From assembly GCA_045837725.1 (NCBI GenBank), contig JBEWZL010000166.1:310001-374000 (forward strand): 64,000 nt of DNA, written 5' to 3'. Positions 11,390 to 25,049 of the stretch are shown piece by piece (position 1 is the first letter of the stretch; each line of letters begins with the position of its first letter). A program made the translations under genes and the position numbers. Source of the stretch: Vermamoeba vermiformis (lineage: Eukaryota). Under the pieces are notes generated by a model that did no database searches, was not told the DNA's origin, and saw nothing but the letters and a program-made list of their open reading frames with translations.

Positions 11390-14300
11390 TTATTTCGTTC
11401 GCTTAGGCAAGATGTGATACACATGAGGTAAACTAATATCGATTAACCCTGCATTAATAGACTTGTTCCAAGTAAGTGCAGCCTGACTAGTGATATCAGT
11501 CATCAACAGACTCGCGTCGAATGCCACATCCGGTTGAAACACTTTAACGACGGTGAACTTGAGGCCACACTTATCTAGGCATTGATAGTAATATAAGTAT
11601 TGGGGCAAGTATAATAATAATAATAAATACGCACCAGTGAATGGATTAACGTGGATCTGCAACTTGGTTTCAAACGAGTAAGATTGCGCTTGTTCGTCCC
11701 ATTCAAAATTAGATGGATCCATGAGGTACAGTGAAGTAGTGCCGTCAGGATAAGTAAGCTGCAAATAACAGTGTTAGACTAATTCGTAGCGACATCGCGT
11801 GTCAAGTGCCTTACTTTGACCATCAGATCCATTGGCCGTTGACCCTCAAATGTACCACGCAATGTCACAGCGTGAGGTATTGACGAGACAAATTCAGCGG
11901 GCTTGTCGGCATTGTCACCAGGCCATGTGATTTGAGCACGTGACTGCTTCAAGTCCGTGACGCGAGGTACTTCAAGACTCATCCAATGCGCTGTCAACGC
12001 CTGTCGCAACATTAACAAAAATCAATTGTAAGAGTAGGAGACATACTTTGTCGAGTGCTGCGAGTTGATTAGAGATAGCAGCATTAGGCTCTTGATTTTT
12101 GTTTTGTTCGTACTGCGCGACCAGTGGTTTGATGTGCTCGAGCAGTGGACTCGACGCACTTAACGATCTATAATAGGCAATAAGTTAATAGGCATATAGT
12201 TATATATAACACTATTTGATAGTACCCGAGTAGCACTGTCAGCCTATCCATTAGTTTCTTATATTCATTCACATCGGAGCTCGCCGATGACACGTAAAAC
12301 TTGATGTGCGCACTGACTCGCATCGCACAAACTCTTGTCGCGTGTCACGTGATCAGTGCCCGTGAAGCTGTGATTCAACAAATAGCTCTTGTGCAGTACT
12401 TGTTGCAAATGATTCAGTGAAAATCGACCGCGGTTTTGGGCCTAGAAGGATGTTTGTCAGATTACTAAATTAGGAAATAAGCACTTCTAACTTACCGTAA
12501 CAAAGGTTTTGATGCACGACAAATAATTGAACAAAAAGTCAGCTGTAGCTTTGCGAGTATCATCAACCGTGCCTATGCGTTGTAAATCTCTGCAAAATTA
12601 CTATATTTAGTAAGAGTCACAATGCTGGGCATGTATCATCAAAGTGAACTTACCGCTGTGCCAATTGAATGATTTTGATGGCCTCGGCGCACTGATTGTT
12701 GTCACTCATCACACGTGCTGTCGCTATTCTTTGCAGAATTTCACTGAAAAAGCCATCGACGTCAACATGCACCGCAGCTATTACCATATTAGGACATTGC
12801 AAGAAGAGTTGAATATTTTTGATGACTTACTTGCCGAGGCAACTTTTGCTGAATAAAAATCTCCGGACTTCCTGGCATAGAATTCTACATTTGGAATGAA
12901 CTGCGGATATTTGTTCTTTAAATAGAAATAATGTTGTTCCGCGTAGTGCGGCAGAAGTGACAAAATTGATGAATTTCCGACTGCCGCATTGAACACTGAT
13001 ATTACGATGCCGATATCTGGATAGTGATCACGTGTTAATTAATTACCAAATAAGGAAAGTACTTCGCGTGTCAAAAGTGTCACTTACAGAACTGGTCATC
13101 GACAATAGGTTCACGGGACTTGTAACGCATGTCAAGGCGTAATAAGTCTTCAACGATGAGTTCTAAATAAGGAAATAATTAGGCACTAATCATTGCAATA
13201 ATTCTATGCCGCTGAAATTACCAGCCAAATACGGATGATTCGCGCCAACTTTTTTCAAACAAAAATATGACTTTAAAAGATCTTGAGGGTACCTATAATA
13301 ATAATATGTTAATAAAATAGTCATAGAGATATATTTCAATTGCTAAGTGCTTACTTTTGAATATTTCCTAATATGGCTTCAATCGTCAAGTTCAAACAAT
13401 TAACGTTTGATAACCGAGTAGTTTGTAATAATGCTCGTAATGAGTCCCGTACGACATGCGAGTGGTCGCTGAATAGCGTTAATACGCTTGTAAGCTACAA
13501 ATATAAACGTCGTTAATTTTGTTGTCAAATCTGGATCTTGTAACGAAATTTAATTTTACCTGCTCATCGTTCAATTGAATATTTGTACCCATATTCTTGA
13601 CACTATTTAAAGAGTTGATGCGAATACTATCAATTTCATCGTTGAACATGTCGACTAAGAACTCTAATGAAGTACGAGCAAACTCATCTGACTTTTGCGC
13701 CAATTTTCTGATCGAATCTAAATTGATATTAGTATTAAATAACCTCAATATATATATGCTTACCAATGGCGGCATTTCTAACTTCGAGAAACTCGTCCTC
13801 AAGGCCTAACAACAATAAAGTTAATAATTGGTATTTGTAACGGATCTTGTATCGATTTCGTACCATGAACGAAGGCACCAGCAGAAGTTGCATCGGAGAT
13901 ATTGATATATTTAGATTTAACTACGTCAATGTCACCCTAAATAATTTTATTATTAGAGGTACGAACAGATCTGAAGTATAAAAAAAACCTACCTCAGTAT
14001 AGCCTTGTATTCTCTCTTCGTCAAAATAATAATTTTTGCTTCTAAATGGCTTGTCGCCGACAAATTCAAGAATTCTTTTGCTGAGTGTTTGTAGCAACAT
14101 TTGCGAATTCATTTCTTTCATATCTCCGAGCAAATTAACCGCCTAATAATATAAAATGCGATTATTAGATGAAAATATATAATATTTTGCAATATAGTCG
14201 CGGATAAAGATTTTTGTTGACGAGATCCTGATCCTGAAAGATCAGACTTACGCGTTGCCTAACTTGCAATGAGAAATCATTGACCATGTTACAAATCTTC

Positions 14301-15748
14301 TGAAATGCATCATCTCCTAGCTGCACATCAACGAGCTGTCCATTTTCACCTTCTTTTTTGACCGTGTAATGGTTGTACTTGCTGCTGATAAAACTGAAAA
14401 AAATAATGTTAGATCTGCTGCAAATATATTATCGAATACTATTACTTTAATAGGTTCATCGCTGCCAATCGAACTTCTTCGACGTCATCTTGCAAAGCGA
14501 TTGCTGCTCGCGAATAAATGGTCAACCGATCAACGCGCACCATGCCATTAAGCGTTAATTTTGAAATATTCTACAAGGCTTTCTATTGCCGTCTATAAGA
14601 AAAATATTATTAGACCGGCGGCTATTACAATTAATATGACTTACTGTTCGGACTCGGTAATCACTATCTGACATTTTGACAGTCAAAGTGACCTCCAATA
14701 ATTTTTCCAATTTCGGAAATATTAACTTTTGTTCCGTTGTATTATTCGTGCTATAATGCTGTTCGAATAACTTAACGAGTAATATTATGCTTTTTTCTCT
14801 TATCAACGGATCATCGCTGCTCAATAAGCGAAAACTTGTGCTGAATAGATCTACTAATAAATTGGGCTCGATAATTGTGCTCTACGATTTAAAATTAGAG
14901 AAATTAATATGTTGGCATATATATATACCTTTACAATATTGATTAATGCTTGCGCAACAGTCGGTCTAATTTTGCCATTTTGTTCTTCTTTCAACTAAAT
15001 AATCAAGCGTGTTAATAATTACCTTGTTTTGTGATAAAAACAATACCTGTGTAATTAAATCTACTAATACATCTGTACGATGATTTTCGATCGCAGTTGC
15101 AAACGTCGTCAAAGCTCGAATGATAATCGCCTGAAATATTTTGTTAGAAAGTCAGATCCAACTTCACTCGTGGGTCGCAGTACCTTATTGTGGTGGTTAT
15201 CTTCTTTAATAAGTTGTTTTCGAAGTGAAATAATCAATTCTTCGTTCTCCTGATTATTATTGAAAGGAATAATGCCAACAATATTTACAAGGGCCTAAAA
15301 TCGTTTACATTAAAATCAGCGGTCGGATTTTGGCCTGCTAACACGTACCTTTGTTCTTATTTTACTATCTGAAGATAATATATGATCCTTGGTTGATTTA
15401 TACTGGAGACACAGCAATTAGAAAATATGAATTAATTTTTCATTAATTATAATACCGTCACAGAGGGCTCAAAATGTGCTACTTTGAATCTTTTGTTGGG
15501 TTCAAATTGTTCAATATTTCTCTGTAATTTCTACAGGTTAATACTTGTCAAACATAACAGACACTTAAAAATACCTGTGGATCTGAGGCTCGTGTTTCAA
15601 CCACGATCGAACTAAAGCAATATTATTAATATTCATCATAAGGAACAATGCTAAAGATTGAAATAGGCTCTTGTATTGCGGATCTTGTTAGATGTGTTTT
15701 GCAAACATACCCTTGTCCAACTACGGATCCATCCCAACTACGCTTCAT
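11390..15748 (-). CDS. INTS4: Integrator complex subunit 4 (HEAT repeats), many exons
   Basis: SAGAFVHG|LEDEFLEVRNAAI|ESIRKLAQKSDEFARTSLEFLVDMFNDEIDSIRI matches the conserved INTS4 segment. There is one apparent 1-nt indel near 14560. Confidence 0.85.
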
Positions 15749-15961
15749 TGCTATTTGTTCACCAAAAGGCGCGAGTGCACTGTTTTAGAAGTTAAGGAAA
15801 TTTAGTTGAGAATTTGACGGTCAAATTTCAAACATTTAAGGCCAAAATTTTCAGCCAAATAATTTCATACTAAATTTTGCAAGCCAAAGGGAAGCCACAC
15901 AGGAAAGAAGGCTAGAAACTCTGGAGAATTACAACTAGATATTTATATTTATGCCGTAACG

Positions 15962-18900
15962 ATGTCGCGAGTCTTATGTAACCAAGGTACTGTTTTTCCC
16001 GCAGACTTTTTGCTACTTTTTCTGATCGAACAGCGAATTCGGTTTATCATCTTTGTATTGCTCCTAATTGACCCCATTGGAGCCTATTGGCACCAAAATT
16101 GCCCTCAATACCCCCCTGATACCCCATATAACGCTCGGCAATGGAATCGACGGCCAAAGAAACTCGATTTGGGTTGATTTAGTCACGCGAATCCGATCGC
16201 AGAGCAAACGGGCCATTTGCCCAATATGCGTGAACGAACCCGGACTAATGGGTCTACAATTGGGCTAATTGGCCGAGATCGTACGAAATACGGCTCTGAT
16301 TTCCCTTCCGGTTCTCATCAATCGATCAAGTCGGGATCCAGCTTTGTTTCGATTCTAGAGCGTTCTGAGGTCGTACCAATAGCACTACAGAGTCATTCGA
16401 CTAGTCTTTTGAGCAATTCAGACTTGTTAGCACGCTTTTTTCGGAGCGTTTGCTGCGACGTTCTGAACTGCCAGATGCTACCTTGGAAGGGTCCGGGGGG
16501 CAGGGCATGGGGTTGCGCAATATGGGGATTATATACCTTAAATTTTCTTATTGATATTAGATTTCCTCCCTAGCGGGAGGCTTTTCATATTTATTTTTGT
16601 TTTACCTTCAGGATCGGACCTTTACCTTCATAAAAAGATTTTCTTTGTAATTCTAACCACCCTTATTTAGATTATAATTATCAACGCATTGAGCCTCCTC
16701 AACCAAGAAAATCCTCCGAGCAAATTCAACTTGACCACGGAGCCTACATCTCGGATGACTTTCATTACTTGAGAGATGAGACAAGAGAAGACCCTGAAGT
16801 TCTCAACTACTTGCAGCAAGAAAACCAATACTTCGAGGAGGTGTTCAGAAACTCCTGCTTGAGCCGTATTCAGGTACATCTAGTTTAAAAACAACTAAAG
16901 AAATTTCGTGTGTTAACTTTTTGATTCACTAGGACCAGCTGTTCGAGGAGATGCTCCAACGCGAGCAAATCAATAGTGAGACTCACTGCCCTTGGAAGAT
17001 ATCCTTTTCAGACCAGATCCAATTTTTTTGACTTTTAAGGAAACTGAGCCGTTTAAATAATTCTCGCAGTTTTAATTATTTCCCTTAACCGCTTCTTGCA
17101 CGTAGGAGAATACTACTATTATAAGAAAACTGTTGATGGTGACGACGATCAACCCTATTACTTCCGCCGAAAAGGTTAGTCTGATCTGGATCCACTTTCC
17201 AATTTTGAGGCTGATACTAATCCTATATAAATTTTAATAGGCGAGGATGGTCCTGAAGAGTTGCTTTTGGACCCCAATCAAGTTGGCGGCGATGTTCATT
17301 TCTTTGAGATCAGCCCCAATCATCGGTACATTGCGTACGGCTACGAGTACTGCGGTGACGAGAGGTACACTCTGACTATTCTGGACACCGAGACAAACAA
17401 GATCCTTGAAGAAGAGACTGTTGATAACTTAGGTAAGTCCGTTTTGGGTGGTGAATCTGGTGGATCGCGCTAACTTTGAAATATTTAGGAAGCGTCGAAG
17501 ATCCGTGGAATATTCTGCGGTGGTCTGCCAACTCGGATTATATCTTATATCTGAGGTTAGATAAGACCGGACGCGCGAAGAAATTGTGGCGCCATAAGAT
17601 CGGAACCGATCCGAACGTTTATGACGAGCTAATGTTCACTGAAGCCGATGAATCGTTCTCGCTGGCTCTTCATACCACTACGGATGAGAGGTACTTCATT
17701 TTAGAAGCTACTTCGGGCATTTCAAACCAACTTTTGTATTTGCCTACATCCAACCCGACTGGAGACTTGAAGAAACTTGTTCCGCACAAGAAGAATGTAA
17801 TGTCTTGGGTAGAGCACCACGGAGATTACTTCTACAGTAAGTTAAAATACTACCAAGCTTCGTGTAACAGCTTTTAACTTTTGGATGTAGTTGGTACGAG
17901 CGAGAACGCACCGAATTTTGCCATCTATCAAGTCAAAGTCGATGAAGTCGAGCAACGAGATAAATGGAGATCAGTTTTGCCGCATAACGATGAAGTTATG
18001 TTGATCAATATGGATGCGTTTGCCAATTACTTTGTGGTACGTTACACTCCAGAAACATACTAACTTCAATATATATTACGTATATATCATGTTCATACAG
18101 TACTAACTATGGCACAGATCTATGAACAAACTCACTGTCAAAAGAGAATCCGAGTGGTGCCTCTGGACAAATTCAACTCCGAAGCTGAAGTCGACTTTAC
18201 GAAGAATTCTTACTACATTAACTTCCCTGAAGTCGTATACTCGTTGATTCCTGGCAATGCAGACGTAAGCAGCCCACATCCAAAATTTCATCTTAGATGA
18301 AATTCAAGTTCGAGTTCTAATACTTTATTTGTTATAGGATAATCGAGGCTCGCTTATCTCTCGTTTAAAGTCTCATTTGGCCTTTGAATCATCGTCTTTG
18401 ACCGTCACTTACAGCAGTCTCGTTACTCCTCGTCAGATCATCGAGATTGACTTGGATACACGTGACCGCACTGTCTTGTGGGAACAAACAGTGCCTAATT
18501 ATAACCCTGACGAATATGCCTCTGCTCGTCTTTGGGCCCCTGCCAAGGACAGCAAACGAGTGCCGATCTCGATCGTGTACCGTAAAGACATGAAATTGCC
18601 TGGCAAGCCTAACCCAATGTTACTGTAAGTCATAATCATACTAACTAGTATAAGTGAAGCCATATTAACGATATACTACCTTTGTAGGGTTGGATACGGC
18701 GCTTACGGTCAGATTCGTGAATGCAAGTTTGGCATTGAAGAACTAAGCTTATTAGACCGCGGCTTCATCTTCGCCATTGCACACGTTAGAGGGGGCACTG
18801 AGATGGTAAGATATATAAGCTCAACTGTAATACTCTCGATACTCACATCCGGATTTAGGGCACGAAATGGTACGAGGAAGGCAAGTTGTTGAACAAGCCC

Positions 18901-20036
18901 AATACGATCAACGACTTTATTGCCTGTGCCGAGTACGTCATCAACATCCTCAAGATCACCACGCCTGAACAGCTCGTTATTTACGGTCGTAGTGCTGGCG
19001 GACTGTTAGTTTCAGCCGCAACGAATGCGCGACCAGATCTGTTCAAGGTATGTTGCAATTGTGTTGGATAGATTAATATTAATTCTCCTTGGGCAGGCTG
19101 TTATTGCTGAAGTTCCATTCGTCGATGTTATTCGAAGCATGTCCGATCCGTCCATTCCTTGGATAAGTAAGTCTTAATTACCTTATATAGACATAGTTTC
19201 ATGAAAATTATCAAGCAAATTAGTCGGGGTTTAAATTAAGTACGAAAGATGCTTTGAGAGGCCAAGTAAGGGTCAAAATTTCTCATTTTTTTGGATGCGT
19301 TTCTGAACTACGGCTAGTTTTCCTTTTTTGGTTATTTATTTAACTGCTAACTTGGCTGTTCTTCGCTGGTTCTTTTTTTTTAACAAGCATTACCATAATT
19401 GGTCGTTATGATTTATTTCGGTAGCGATTTCGCGGCACTATTTGTACGCACTTACCTTACCGAACGAATAAAACTAACGAAACCAAATAACGCAACGTTC
19501 AAGATCCGCTCCAAAGAGGCTATTTCATTTTATTTCCTATTTTAGTATTTACTCTAAAACAAGTTATTTTTTTCTAAACCTTTCCCAAAATTTCCTCCAG
19601 AATTCTAGAACTAACATTTTATCTCGCAGCATTTGATTTTGCCGAATGGGGTGACGCCAATAACCCACGCTATTATAACGTGATGAAATCGTATTGTCCG
19701 ATCACTAATCTGACGCACCAACAGTACCCGCACATGTTTGTCACTGCGGGACTTAATGACCCGCGTGTCTCGTACTGGGAGCCCGCCAAGTACGTCGCAA
19801 AACTCCGCACGATCAAGCGCGATCTCAAAGAGGACGCATTGGCTTCACCTCGTGGAGCAGTTCCCAGAGTCGAAAATGACACGTGTCAACCGGAGGTCTC
19901 GGCTACTGATTCGTTGTTGTTGTTTAAGACTAAAATGGAAGGTGGCCATTTCAGCAGTGGTGGTGTGAAAGGTCGCTTGGAAGAAGTGTCGCAGAAATGG
20001 GCTTTTTTGCTCGCAGCTGTTGACGACGCGATTTAA
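15962..20036 (+). CDS. Oligopeptidase B / prolyl oligopeptidase S9A
   Basis: DDFHYLRDETREDPEVLNYLQQEN; GYGAYG; AHVRGG; nucleophile motif YGRSAGGLL; AGLNDPRVSYWEPAKYVAKLR; GGHF. The first exon (15962-15986) is inferred. Confidence 0.92.
16999..17101 (+). other. U12-type (minor spliceosome) AT-AC intron
   Basis: 5' splice site ATATCCTTTT; branch site TTCCCTTAAC (17080-17089); ends GCAC. Removal restores the frame as HCPWK|VGEYYYYKKT. Confidence 0.9.
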
Positions 20037-20533
20037 GCAGATCTGGCGCTATACCTAGCTTCTGCATTCAATTGAGTATCGCACACGCAGATTAAGTTCG
20101 ACGGTGTCTCATTGAATTGCCATATTTGGAATGGTCTTAGTATTCACTAACTATTCTACTTGGTAGCAAAGTCGCGGCGACCAGATCCAACAAACAAAAC
20201 CAAAAAACAAATTTTATTTATTTGTGAATGTTTGTAAATACCTTGTAAATAAATCTCGACAATTGTACAGAACTCTCTTGTAAGATACAACGGTTGTCTT
20301 AACGTAAGTCTTTCTAACCTCAGTTAACGAAGTTCAATATCGAGCTTGCCGACGTGCCTCTGGTTGGTTGAACGGTAATGCGCGAAATTGCTTTGCGTAC
20401 GGTATTGACCAGTTGGAACAGAGGCATGAGTATCTGCAATGAGTGAGCCACTCGAAGGGGCATTAAACTTAGAAGATTTCTGGAAGTCCAGAGTGAGAGA
20501 AAAGTAGACTTCGAAATGATTAAGCACACTTAT

Positions 20534-23183
20534 TTATTTCTTCGATGTTGCGTTAGACTCGGCAATTAGCTTTTCAAACTCTTTGGTTTCTTTGACGCCA
20601 AATTTGTACATTTCATTGCGCAGTTGTTGAACTTGTTCTGCATTACCATATTTGGCAAACACTTTCATAGCCAAGTAAAATGATCGACTGTTCGGCCTCA
20701 GATCTTGTTCGAGAATACTTTTCAAGCAGATCTGAACTTTTTCTTCGGGGTTGGGCAAGTGCGATGCCAATTCTAGCAACAAATTCTTTGTTTCCAAATT
20801 AGGAACGGACCACGTGTTCTTGCCGATCTCCTTCGAGAACTGCTCGGCCTTGGCGTACTCTCCATGGTCTATAAACAGCCGCAACATGACATTGTAACAG
20901 TTGATGTCTGGACCAATCTCGTCACTCGTTCTCAGCCAGTCAAACAAAGTCAACGCTGCTGCAAGATTGCGCGAGGTCTCTAACGCTGATTTGCGGGCCA
21001 AAAGTTGAATTTCCCGCGATACATTGAGTTTTTGCGCTAGTGATTGCAATTGTTCTAGGGTGCCATTTTGAGCGTGTGTTCGCAGCAACAATGACCAAAT
21101 TAGGACATTAGGCCTGATGCCTGACTCGAAGCCGTCCTCTGCTACTTTGATCACGTGGTCGTATTGCCCGATTTGGAAGTGCATGCGCATGAGACTGTAC
21201 ACGCCGTGCTGACCCAGTTTGAAGTCGTGTGACTTCATCTCGTCCACGACATTGAGCACGTGGGCCACTTCACCATTGTTCACGTGCAAGTCAATAAGTG
21301 TCTCGTAAAGTCCTGCGTCAGGGACAATATTCCTGTTCAACAGCTCGCGGTGCAATCTGTCGACACTGGCGAGGTCCTGCATTTGACACGTGTCAAAGGG
21401 ATATTTATACGACAATGGTGATAGTACTTACGTTGAACTGATAAGTGTACATTCTAATTAGGGCCATAAAATCACTCAATTGTGGCGTCATGTCCGTTGA
21501 TTCTAAAATCGTGTTCAGCATCGCTTCGGCCTCACTCGCACGACCATTAGCTGCACATAATAAGGACATAATTAGTATATATATATACTACTACTCGAGC
21601 TGTAATATCTTACTTGCGTATATCTTCAGGAGATATTTATAAATCGAGTAATTATGGTGCAGATCCAGCCTCTTCAACTCATCGAAAACACTGATAGCAG
21701 CCTCCAAATTATTCCGCTGATAGAAAGACAAAAATAGACTATACACAGTGTAGCTGTCTGGCGTGAGATTGAAATACTGCTTCATTATCTGAAAGATTTC
21801 TATTATTGCTGCATGATCCGCTTGATGTAGTGCCAAACGAAGCAGTTCTCGTAATGACGACTCTGGTACTGTAGCTAAAATAGTTATATTTTCTTTAGTA
21901 ATAGTACTTATAATAAACTCGATGATCTCGGGTGGATCTGGTGAGTTCAAAATTTTTCGTTTGGACTTACAAACAGTGGCAGCAATATCTCGCAACAATT
22001 TGAGTCCTCCTTTCAAATCACTGTTCTTAATATAATACAACATGACTTGTGACGCGAGAATGATGTCGTTTTTAATCTTAGTGCCGTCAATTGATTTGAC
22101 AATCTGCGTTGCTTCGTCCATATGGTTCTAATCAATAATTCATTAATAATTAATATATATATATAATTTTATGCTATAATAATTGTTTTAGAGATAATTA
22201 TGGTTCACAATAGAAAAATTAAGCAGCAATGCACGCGTCGAGGGCATGTTTGACACGTCTTTAAATAGCTATGTATGATATATATACTGATTGTATATTA
22301 ATATATTGTTAATACTTGCCAGGTGCACGAACACAGGCAATATAGCGGCGTGAATATATCCATCTGGCTCGATGCCACGCCGTACCAAGTCGTGGTACAA
22401 CTCGATGGCTGCTTCATAGTCTAATTGCTTCTTACGCTCTCTAATCCGCTTAAGATAATCGACCTACGATGACATTATATCAATACAAGTGTCGGCTAAG
22501 AGAACCTTTTCGATGGTGCCATTACAGATCGGATCCAATAAAAAATGAAAAATTTTTCTTAATGAATTTGAATTTGAAATTAAATTTAGAAATGGTACCT
22601 TAATAGACATAGGACTATTTGATTGCTGATTTTGTGGGTTTACAGTGAAGCTGTTGTTGACGTAATTAGATCCCGGTGAATTGCTTGGCTTTTTTTGAAA
22701 CAATTTCAACGTGTTTGAGCTCTTATTAATACGAGTCTTTTTATAGGCCTCTTTAGGCTCCTGAGGAGCTGAATTTATTGCGAATTCATCGAGTGGAATG
22801 TCTTCAGGTGGCTCGGTAGAGTATTTCCTGATCGAGGCTGCAAATAAATTTTTCTTTGCTTTCAAGCCTTTTGATCGTTCAAATATCTACAAAAAAATCC
22901 ATACAATTAATTTTGTAATTTTTGAAATTATTAGGAGATATTCAGGCCAGGTGATATTTTTAATGAAATGAAAAAATCATATTCTGAGCATTGATTAGCG
23001 CATGCGGTGATCAAATGATTTAGAATTATATCAAAATTATTATTGAGAAAGTGGATGTATCTCAATTTCGATTAATGAAAGATCGGATCCTGGACCAAGA
23101 AACCGACTCCAATATCCATGGTAACTGTTTTATTTACTCACCTTGGCCAATGTTCTCGAATAACAAACAGCTTGATTCGCCAT
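20534..23183 (-). CDS. Pentatricopeptide repeat (PPR) protein, probably mitochondrial
   Basis: 35-aa PPR-like units (GIRPNVLIWSLLL, IGPDINCYNVMLR, DLRPNSRSFYLAM). Basic N-terminus MANQAVCYSRTLAK|IFERSKGLK...SIRKYSTE resembles a presequence. Confidence 0.85.
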
Positions 23184-24239
23184 GGATCTTCTTTGTGTTT
23201 TTGGATCGAAATTTTAAATAAACACGCTTTTGGAGTGAATTAACTTCTTTTACCTATCCAACGTCCTGACATAAAATAATCCTTGTGTGCGCTTAACCAA
23301 GCCCGAGTTGGTTGGCATTGTATTTTGGAGACAAATTGCGCGGCCGAGATCGATCATCTCATCAATCGTTAGCGGACGAACGGTTTCAGTTTCTAATCAT
23401 TACCTGTGCAGAATACTGCAACATTGCACGATATAAACCATCAGAGGTTGAGCGCGGTGACGATCCCGATCTTTAATCTGCTTGGTTTTTACTTTTCGCC
23501 GCAGGGATTAATCGTTCAGTGAACCAAGTTTCGAAAGGACAGTAATGGTGAATGTCATGTGCATTTCATCGAAGATTAATTTCGCCGGCAATCGCAAACT
23601 TTACTTCATTACTTAATTTACGCGCGACTTTTTTTCCCTTTTTTGGACAATTCGTTACGTTAGCAAATACTTACGTACAGGATTGGATCCATGATCGAAA
23701 AAAGGAAGTATAATGACCCGCTGATTATAGAGTAAAAGTACGGTTCCTCCATCTTCTGTTTTATCGTCAAAAAAACCGATTTAGTCGATCCGATACCGTT
23801 TCGGTAACGGACATTTAGAAAACCAAATTGAACATGTTCTAGCTGTCAAAATGATGCTTTACAAAAATTGACGTGCGTATTATTCCTTGTGGAACAAGTT
23901 TGAATTTTGACGGATCTGATAGATCGAAATAATCGAAAAGATTGATTCAAAGTTGATTCGATGACTAGCGATACTTGTATTTGAGCAAACCCTAAGCGTG
24001 ACTTTAGTGAAAGGTTAAATTTGACTCTCGAAAACGAATTTTGAATTGAGTATCAAAAATTAAATTTAATGTTTTATAAGTTTTGTGAATCTGTACAGGG
24101 TCATGGCTCAGACGACGCCATGTTAAATAATTTTACAGGTTAGCCTACTATTACATTTTCTTCGGGACGTGTCGCTATTTTTGAAAGTGGAATAAGTCTG
24201 ATCTTGAATTGGAATTGTTGCGCTCTTGAATGTGACAGT

Positions 24240-24727
24240 TTACAGCTCAGAAAAGTAGAGATACTTGGTCTTCAAAATACCTTCTACTTCAATTCGAGTC
24301 CTGTCAAACAAATGTGCATCGAGTTCTTTTGTTTTGAGTGCTTCTTCGATCTTTTTCAGTTGGATCAGTGAGATGTACAGCAAGGGCTCGACTGAACCAG
24401 TGCCCAAATATTTGTCGCAAATAGCTCGTGCAGCTTCTACTTGAGCGTCTTTATCTTCCCAGTTTGTCGTCTCGTAGTTGATCACATCTCTGTAAAACCA
24501 TAGATTTTCTTGGGCATACTCTTGTGTCAAGAAGGTTTCGAACTCTTTGTACAGTCGTTGGTCGTTGCACACGTCGTTGAAGCGACCACGTTTTTCGAGA
24601 GCTTCCTGCTTGCCCTTTCCCTTATTTGAATCTCGTCCACCCCTGATAAATTTTCGCAACGTTAGTAAGATACTCGAGTGAAGTTATGTTAGGTATTGAG
24701 CTTCATGACTTACTTTGAAAAGCACAT
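24240..24727 (-). CDS. Regulator of G-protein signalling (single RGS domain)
   Basis: FETFLTQEYAQENLWFY...ARAICDKYL...LFDRTRIEV; short first exon MCFSK. Confidence 0.88.
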
Positions 24728-25049
24728 CTCGGAGTATTGTAGATGTATTTAGTGACGTGAAGCCGGCTTCAATTCGAATTTACGAATACTGAAGCGATCC
24801 GTGGTCGTAACAACAAAATGGTTTCAAAAAATGCAATACCCTGACGGACCTTTTTATGTTCGGGTAATGCGTTAATAAATCGTTTTGTGTTCTTGGCGTG
24901 CACCGTTGTGTTTAAATACAAAATTTCATCTCCCGTAGATTTGACCCAACTTTTTTTTTGCTCGTCAAAATTTACTTCCATATTAGGAATTGGGAGCACA
25001 AACTAGAATTGTTGGATTTTTGACCGCGTATTTCATTGTTGATGCTCTA

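Noticed and set aside
15780-15800. Perfect U12 branch motif TTTCCTTAAC on the minus strand upstream of INTS4
   Set aside because: No matching RTATCCT donor was found upstream.
16565-16585. Bacterial Rho-independent terminator
   Set aside because: The context is a eukaryotic intron; kept only as part of the structured-intron finding.
23988-23996. Telomere-like AAACCCTAA
   Set aside because: A single short match, expected by chance in AT-rich DNA.
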